A DNA stretch of 64,000 nucleotides from contig JAFGQR010000096.1 of the NCBI GenBank assembly GCA_016935555.1, forward strand, positions 36,551-100,550, given 5' to 3'. Below the pieces are notes generated by a model that did not search any database, was not told the DNA's origin, and saw only the letters and a list, made by a program, of their open reading frames with translations. Positions 52,301 to 61,300 of this stretch are shown here, one piece after another (within the stretch, counting starts at the first letter, position 1; the number at the start of each line of letters is the position of its first letter). Position numbers and translations under genes: made by a program. This DNA is from Verrucomicrobiota bacterium (GTDB lineage Bacteria; Verrucomicrobiota; Verrucomicrobiia; Limisphaerales; JAFGQR01).

Positions 52301-55300
52301 TAACCGGCGAAGATCGAGCCCAGTCGTTGCAGTCGCACCCAGGCATTGGGATAGGCCGGCGGGTCCGCCGGGCCTGGCGGTGTGCTGGTGCGATGGATGC
52401 TGGCCGAGCTGGCGCCCTCGGTGTAGCGCCACTGGAAGGTGTGGGTGTTCTGGCCGGTGGTCGGCGTGACCAGCATCGTGACGTTCGGCGCGGTGGCGTT
52501 GGTCGAGGCGCGGGCCATCAAGCCGGCTTTGGTCCAATTGTCGGCCCGGACCAGGTCTTCGACGCGCACCTTGATGTCGAAGTTGCCCGTCACTTCGCGG
52601 TAGGCGAAGCGCATGCCGTCGGCGGTGCCCCAGATGTCGGCCCCGTCAGCCGTCATGTCGATGGATCCCTTGATGGGGTTCCAATCCGAGCCCGGCAGCA
52701 CGGTGTTGATATCGAGCGGGGTGAGGAATTCCACGGCGCCGTTGGTCGAGCTGTCGCCGCAGTTGGGCATGCTGGCCACGTCGCAAATGCCGATCGCCTC
52801 GACGGTGAACGGCTGCGTCATGGGCACGTACGATCCCTCCGTCAGCTTGAGCGTCAGCGCGGTGCCGTCCGGCCGCGGGATGAGCTCTCCAATGAAGACT
52901 TCGTTGATGCCCACGAAGACGCGGTAGTTGAAGAAGTCGAAGGCGGTCTGCGGATCCAGGCGCTCGTTGAACTGCACATCGATGACATTGCCATCGATGC
53001 TGTTGGCCGACACCATGTAGGGCGGGGTGACATCCGGCGCCACGTGCATGGTGATCAGGAAGTCGTAAGGCAGCGTCCCCGGCAGCGACACCCGGAGCCG
53101 GTATTGGACGCCGTCGTCAGCCAGCGCGGCGAAGAAGGTGAAATTGGAACTGGTCGCTCCCGGGAAGGGAATGAACGTGCCCGAGGCGGCGTCATAACGC
53201 GACCATTGCCACAAGGTCATGGGCCCAAGCTGCGGCGGGAAGGCCGCGGCCTGCGCCGACAGGGTGACGATGTCGTTTTCGGTCGCATAGACATCGGACG
53301 GCGGCGTCTGGGTCACGTCCAGGCGGTTGATGTCGGGGTTGCCGAACGGGCTCAGGAACTCCCCAGGAATGACATCGGCGGTCACTGATCCTGCGGCGCC
53401 GACGGGGTCACCGCCCACCGGGGCGCCGGTATCGTCCAGGCCACGGACGGCGACGTGGAAGTAGTCGCCGCCGCCGCCTTCCTTGCCCAGCAGTTCGATG
53501 TAGTAGGCCTGGCCACCCAGCATCGGGAGATCGGCCGTGCTCGGGCCGCCGCTGGCATCGCCGTAGGCATCGCAGCAGTCGTCTTCACGCGCCACCAACA
53601 TCCGTCCCGGATCGGCAATGTCGGCGCCGCTGGCATCGAGGAACTCGACCTCGGCCACCTGCATGCAGTTCGCGACAAAGGGACTGCGGATGGTCGGGAA
53701 GACGATGCGGTAGGCCGTGTACGCGTCGGCGTTGGCGAAGCTGACGGTTGGTCCCGGCGTCAGGCGCGCGGTCACGCCGGCCAGCTCGGTGCTGCCGGAA
53801 GCGATGGGTATCCACGGGCCCGCCGTGGGCGAACCGGTGGTGCCTTCCAGGATGAAGGTCATGGGATCGCGCTCGGGCCAGTCGTTGGCGGTGGTCAGGC
53901 GCAGGCCGGCCACGACGGTGGCGCCCGCCCGGGGCACGAGTGTGAATCCGGCGTTGAGCTTGTCGAAGTTCAGGTATTTGGTCGCGGCGTTGTTGTCGAT
54001 GGCGTAGCCTGCATGCTCGCCCCCGGGATGGTTTCCGGAGGTGGGGATGACCAGGTCAGCGGTACGGCTGGGGCCGTTGGGGTTGATGAACAACTGCGAG
54101 GCGTCATCGCTCTTGATGTAGAAGCGATAGACCCCGTTGCTGGGCGGCACAAACAAGGCGGACATCCGCACGCCATAATTGTCCAAGGCGGGATTGCCGC
54201 TGAACGGCGTGAAGTTGTTGAAGCCGGGCGTGTAGGTGGCGAAGCCGAACGTCGGCACGTAGCCGGTCAGATCCGGCAGGTTTTTCTGGTATTTGGCGTC
54301 CGCCATCAAATTGGCGACGGCGGTGCCGGAAATGTTGGTGAAGAGTTCCACGTACACGCCGGTCCCGCCGGCGTTCCAGGCGGTGAAGTTGGTCGAGGTG
54401 TTGAGCGTGTTTTGGGCGGTGGACACGTCGCGCACGCCGGCGATGTCGAGGGTGTAGACCTGTCCTGGCGTCTGGAGGGTGGTCCAAAGCGTCACGGAAG
54501 TGCGTGTGGCGTCCAGCGAGGCATAGAGGATGTCCACGCCGCTGGGGGTGCCGCTGATCTGGTAATTGGGCACGTAGGTGGCTGTGGCGAGATCGAGCGG
54601 TTCATCGAAGAGCACGGTGACCTGGTCGTAGCCCTGGGAACCGGCGGCGATGATGACCTGAGGCGGTGTCGTATCCGTGGTCACCGTGACCGTGCTGGCC
54701 AGGGTCGCCGAGCTGAACTGGTTGGTCAGCAGGACGCTGAACACGGCTCCGTCGTCGTCGGCGCTCAAGGCCGGGGTGGTGAATGTGGCCGCGTTGGGTG
54801 CCGAGATCGGCTGGCCATTCTTCAGCCACAAGTAACCGAAGCCCTTTCGGCTGCCCGTGATGCCCGAGACCGTGAAGGTCACTGTCTGGCCGTCCCCGAC
54901 GCTCGGATTGACCGGCGTGAGGCTCATGGCGGCAATGGCGCCCAGCGACGCGTCGAGCTCGGCCGGGAACTCCAGCAGATTCTCCCGAATCCACTCGGTG
55001 TTCGGCGGCGTTGCGCCATCGCTCTGCGCCCGCACGGCGACCGTCATGCCGTCGCCGCCCGTGCCTTCTTTCCAGCGGCCTTCGATGTAATATTTCTGGC
55101 CGCCGACGAGCGGGACATTTTGAGCGGAGGTGGTGTAATTGGCGTTATAACCGTTTTGGCTGGCCAGGAGTTTGGCGCCGGCCGGGTCGGTGCTGTTCAC
55201 GGCATTGGTGTTCATGAACAGCTGCGACGCGTCGTCGCTCCGGATCCAGAACCGATACAGGCCGTTGCTCGGCGCGACAAAATAGCTGCAGAGCCGGCCC

Positions 55301-58300
55301 ACGTAGTTGTCGTAGCGTGTGTTCTGCAGCCCCGGCTGGAAGGCCAGATACTTCGAGTAACCGCTCCGGGTCGGCGTGTGCGAGACAAAGTTCGCCAAGT
55401 TGGTCGCCGCCGCCAGATTCGCCAGGTCGCTGCCGCCCTGGCCGGTGTAGATCTCCACGATCGTGGGTGCGCGCGGCGCCACAGCGGCTGGATACAGGAA
55501 CGTCCCGATCCCCGTATAGGCTCCCGAACCGGCCGCGGGTGTCGAGCCGTCGCTCTGGTAGCGCGGTACGATCGAGAAGCCGTCGTTGCCACTGTTTTCC
55601 TTGAGCCGCACTTCCATGTAATAGGGCTGGCCGCCGGTGAGGTTGACGTTTTGCAAGCGCGCGTTGTAACCGCTGGCGGACGTCTGGTTCACGCGCCGGG
55701 TTGCTCCGGCGGGGTCGGTGCCACTGGTGTTCATCCACAGTTCAATGTCATCGTCGTTGCGGACCCAGAACTTGTAGGTGCCCGTCGTCGGCGGCACGTA
55801 GTAGGTGTAGGCCTTGACGCCGTAGCCGTCCTGGAAGTTGTTGATGTTGGGATTGAACGCGAAGATGGTGTCATAGGTGATGAACGTCGGGTTGCCCGCC
55901 GTATACAGCGCGTGATTCAGCAGCACCGAGACGCCGTCGCCTGTGCCCACATCCTGGTAGGCCTCGATCACCACCGGCTGCGTCGGCACACCTGACGAGT
56001 CGAAGCCCAGCGTCGCGTCGGGCGCGATGGTGTTGCCGTTGAGGTCCTGCACGTTGTTCACCGTCACGGTGTAGCTGCCCTGAACCAATTGCGCCGTCGT
56101 CGTCAGGATCACCGTGCGCGGATCCGTGCCAAAGAAGACGGCGCTGACCACGCCCATGTCCGCCCCGCCGGCATTCTTGACCGCGTAATTGGCCGTGACC
56201 GTTGCCGTGTCGCTCAGGGGCTCCGAGAAGACCAGGACGACCTGGTAGATGTCCAGGGCCGGCACCGCGGCGGACACCAGGGTGGGCGGCGTCGTGTCGC
56301 CGACCGTCACCGTGGCCACGGCGCTGGTCACGGAGCCGTCGCCGGGGATCTTGGCGATCACGCGGAACTGCGCGCCGTTGTCGGCCGGATAGAGCGGGCC
56401 TGTGGTGAACGAGTTGGTCGCGCCGCTCTCGCCGACACCCAGGTTGGGCGCCGAGTTGGCGCCGGGGACGTTGACCCAGCCGCCCGCCCCGTCGCTGCGC
56501 TGCCAGACGAAACCAATTTCGTTATTGGGCGCGCCGACAGCGACGGCGGCCGCCGACAGCGTGGCGGTCGCGCCGGCGTTGACGGTCACGTCCGCCGGAT
56601 CGCTCAACAAGACGATCGACGATCCCGGGTAGCCGGGCACGTCGCTGTACGCTTGGATCGTGGTGCGGAAGGGCGTCCCGGAAGCGTTCACCACCGCACA
56701 CGCTCCGATCCCCAGGTAGACGGTCTCGGGATACACTGCGGTGGTCTGGCCAAACTGCGCCCAGTTGAGTCCATCGGTGCCGGCAAACACCGTGAACGTG
56801 TCGCCGACACGGCGGAAGCGCATCCAGGCGTTTGGATAGCTGGCGGTCGGTCTGGAAGACTGCCACCCGTTGGCACTGGCCCCGTAGGCATCCCGTTTGC
56901 CCGCCGAGTAGTACTGCCGCGCCGGCCACATCGGATTGACTTCCACAAACAGCATTCGGCTCGGCGGATCGAGCGATTCCCGCATGACGAATGCCGCCTT
57001 GCTCGGCGTCCGCACGATATCCATGCGCGGCACCTGCATCCGCACGTCGAAGTCGCCCGTGTGTTGACCATACACATAGTGGAACTGGTCGGCCGTGCCC
57101 CAGATGTCCGCGCCGCCGCCGATCAACTCGAACGCGCCGTCGGCGTCACTGAACGTTTCCCCTGGCGTGAGCGGCGCGTTCACATCCACCGAGGTCAAGC
57201 CGGCCACGGTTCCCGAGGCGCTGTTTTGGGCGCCCAGAGCGCCGCCCGAGAGATCCACCACGTTCTGCACCTCAACTGTGAAGACGCCGGTCAGGATGGC
57301 AGAGGGCGTCAGCGACACCGCGCGCTCATCCGGCCGCAGCAGTGCCCGCAGTACCGGCGCGCCGTTGATCGTGTAATGGGCCGGGTTCTCGGCGCTGGTT
57401 TTATCGACCGGCTGGTTGAAGCGGACACCCACAGTCAGTCCGTCGGCGCTGCCCGCGGACACCACGGCCAACTCGAGCGGTTGGACGGTCAATGTCGCCG
57501 GCTCGCTCGTCACCGAGTTGGCCGGGCCCGTCACCACCACCCGGTACTGGGTGTTGTCGTCGCTGAGCACCGCTTGCGGGGTGGTATACTTCCAGTTGCC
57601 CGCCCCCGGGATGTCGGCGAACCCACCCAGGCCGTCGCTCTTCTGCCACTGGTAGGTGTAGGGCGCCTCGCCATCGACCAGGGCCCGGAACGTCACCGTC
57701 GAGCCTTGCACCACGGTTTGGCTGGCTGGTTGCGCCACGAAATAGACCGGCCCCGGGTTGGCATAGGCATACAGGTTGTCCCAGAAATCCGGGCCCAGCG
57801 TGTTCTGGTTGGCGGTGCGGACGGCCAGGAACATGCTCTTTTGCTGGACCAAGCTGGGATTCAGCACGCTGACCGGCGGGTAGCTCATCACCACCGCGCC
57901 CGGCGTGGTCCCGTCGGGGCCCATCTCTTGCAGCATCCCCGACACCGTCAGCGTGTCGGCCGCCGTCCCGGTGATGTTGGCAAAGGTCGCCACGAGTTTG
58001 TACCACGTTCCGATGGCGAGGGCTGCCTGCGGCGTGGGGGAAGGCGTCACTTCCGCAATGCCGCCATCGGTGCGGCGGGTCTGCAGACGCAGTTGGTACG
58101 TTTCGGTCGCGTTGGCCGTGCATTGCAGGATGACCGTCATGAAACCCTGTGGGTTGTCGTCGTTAATGCCCCGCGCGGACCGGCCCGCGTTCCACGCGTT
58201 CGTCGCGGTCACAAAGCCCAGCTGCGTATTGCGGCCGTTGCCGGTGGCATCCTTCACCTTGACCATCACCGACGCCACAAGCGTCTTGCCGTTGAGCGAG

Positions 58301-61300
58301 AAATCGTAGCCCACCGGAACGCACATGGACGTGTTGTCGGAGGTCACGGTGCCGTTGAAATCCACCCCGCCGCTGCCGCCGATACCGCCGGTCAGCGACT
58401 CAATCGCGGGGTTGGGCAACACGTTGTTGATCCAATCCGCCCCTTCCCACCAGTAGGGTGTGCTGGCGTATTGTCCCGGTGTGTTGAAGTCGAAGCTGAT
58501 GCCTGCAATCGGCGTCACCGTCAGGATGGCGGGGTCGCTCGTCACGCTCTGGCCGCCGCAGTTGCCGACGACGACCTGGTAGGCGCCCGCGTCGGCAAAC
58601 GTGAGGTTGCTCAGCTCGAGCGTTGCGCCGGTGGCGCCTTCGATCGGCGTCCCGTTGAACGACCACTGGTAGGTCGGGGGCGCGTCGCTGGACACGGTAA
58701 CGCTGAAGGTGGCGGAGTTGCCCATGGGGCTGCCGGTGCTCGCGGGCTGGGCGGTGATGGTGGGGGCGGGATAGAACGCGAGGGTGGCGGTGGCGTTGGC
58801 GGAGCCGACGGGGTTGATGACGGCGACGGTGTAGGCGCCGAGGTTTTCGGCTTGGACACCGCTGAAGGTCAACACCGAGTTGGTGGCGTCGGGAATCGGA
58901 TCGGCGCCGAGGTACCACTGGTAGGTCAGCGGGGCGGAGCCGGAGGCAACGACGTTGAAGCTGGCATCGCCGCCGACACACGCGAAGGCGTCGACGGGCG
59001 CGCCGGTAATGGCGGGCGCTTCGAGGGCGGTGGTGGTGGCGGTGGCGGTGTTGTTGGCCGTGTCGAACTCGAGGGTCTCGCAGGTCAGGCTGGCGCTGGT
59101 CACAAGCTCGGCCACAGCGGTCGGGATGACTTCGAGGGTGATGGTGGCGCTGGCGCCGATGGCGAGGTCGCCCAAGTCGCAGGTGACGACCCCGGCGGCT
59201 TCGGTGCAGGCGCCCTGGCTGGCGGTGGCGGACACGAAGGTGACGCCGGCGGGTAGGGTGTCCACGACGACAAGACCGCTGGCCGGGGAGGGGCCGGGGT
59301 TGGCGGCGGTGAGGGTATAGGTCAGGGTGCTGCCGACGGCGACGGGATCCGGCACGTCGTCGACGGTGAGTTGGACGTCGGTGAACGGCGTCGCGGTGGA
59401 CATGGCCAGGCTCCAGCCGTCAGCGATCAGACCCGCATCTTCGAGGGCGTCGTCGAAAACATAGAGCGACCAGACGCCGTTGGGGTTGATGCCATTGAAG
59501 TGGGTGAAGTTCGTCGGGTAAGGGCCGACGGGAGCGGGGGCGGGCATGGTATCGGGTGTCCCGTCGCGTTTGGCGCCGTAGTTGGTGGGCTTGTAGGTGC
59601 CGCTGAGGATGAGGTCATCCTCGGCCAGCATGGCGGGGGCGAGATCATCGAAGACGAGCGTGACGTCGTCGATGCCCTGGTAGAAGCCGGCATCGGAGAG
59701 GACATAGGATTTCTCGCCGCTGGGGGTGACGAGAATGATGTCGATGTCATCGGGGAACCTGTGGCTCAGGTTGCTGATCGTGACGGTGAGGCGGCAGAGT
59801 GTGGCATCCAGGCCGGAGACGGTGATGGTGGACGGGTAGGGACTGGCCGCCAAGGCGTCGTTGATGACGATGGGGTTGGTGTTGGCGAAGAGGTTCCAGC
59901 CCTTGAAGGTGACCGTGCCGGAAGCAGTGGTGGCACAGCCGGTGTCCTGATCCGTGACCGTGACCGTGTAGGTGGCGGTTTCGGTGGGCACGAACGTGAT
60001 GCTCGGGGTGGTTTCGCCGCCGGGAGCCCACAGGAACCTGGGGTTCGCGACATTGTGCGTGGCGGTCAGCGTCACCGGAAGGTCCGGACACCCATACTCG
60101 GAATTGACGGTGACGACGGGACTGGGGTTGACGGTGACGGTGGCGGAGGCGGAGTTGTGCAGACCGCTCAAGTTGTCGGTGACAACAACCTCGTAGACGG
60201 TCGTTTCCATGGGGGAAACGGTGATGTCGCGGGTGGTCTCGCCGCCCGGACTCCACAAATAGCTGGCATCAGTCATCTCGGTTTCGAGAACGAGGGTGAC
60301 GGACTCGCCGCTGCAGATGACGTGGTCATCGACAGACACACCCGGCAGGGGCGCGACGGTGACGGTCATGACACAGCCGGCGCTGTTGCCGGCGGCGTCC
60401 TGGACGGTGAAGGCGACGGACGTGTCGCCCAGGGCGAGCAGGGTGCCGGCGGCGGGCGACTGGCTGACGGAAACGATCTCGCAATTATCCGTGGCCACGA
60501 GGTCGCCGGTCAGGTCCGGCAACGCGACACAGGTGCGGCTCGGGTCGATGGCGGTGATTTGGGCGGCGAAATCGACGGCGATGGTCGCATTGGTCTTGAG
60601 CGTCCAATCGGTCCCGGCGCGTTCCCAGTAATCGGGGAAGGTGCTTCCGATCACCGGCGGCGAGAACAGGTCGAGCCCGGCCGAATCGGTGGCGTCGAGT
60701 CCGCTGAATTGAACGGACCAAGTGAACTGGTCGGGCAAGGGGCCGGCCAGGGGCACGGCGGCATCGCTGGTGAAATCGTCGATGATCAGCGTCGCGCGCT
60801 CCGTGGCGTCGACGGGGAAATCGCCGCTGTCATAGAGGACAGTGCCGGGCGTGGGATAGCCGTTGTAAGGGGCGCCGTCGTTGGCGTAAAAGCGGACGCG
60901 GGCCTGGACGGTGCCGACGAAGGCGGGCTGGCCGGAGTTGGCGCCCCAGTATTCGAACACGAACTGCTGGGCCTGGCGCGCGGTGCCGTCGAGGATGATT
61001 TCGTCTCCGACTTCGGCCAGGCCGGGGTTGAAGCGGTTGGTGAGGTCCTTGACTGAGTTGTCGTAGGCCAAGGTGCTGAACACGCAGGTGTTGACCTCCC
61101 CAAGCTGGCCGCACGCAAGCGTCCGGTCGGGAGTGCAGGTCACGATGACGGGATCCGTGACATCGGGGCCGACCGTAAGAGAAGCGGAGGCGCTGGTGAC
61201 GGACTGCTCGCCGTTGGAGACGAGGACGGAGTAATCGCCGGCGTCGGCGACGGCGACCTTGGCGAGGGTGAAGGTTGCGGCGGTTGCGTCGGGGATGGGG

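Noticed and set aside
50506-61056. Several 560-1055-aa plus-strand ORFs (50506..53388, 53455..55995, 56089..59256, 59371..61056) antisense to the giant adhesin gene
   Set aside because: Translations are G/R/A/D/V-rich junk. The minus strand reads as one continuous, domain-rich protein.
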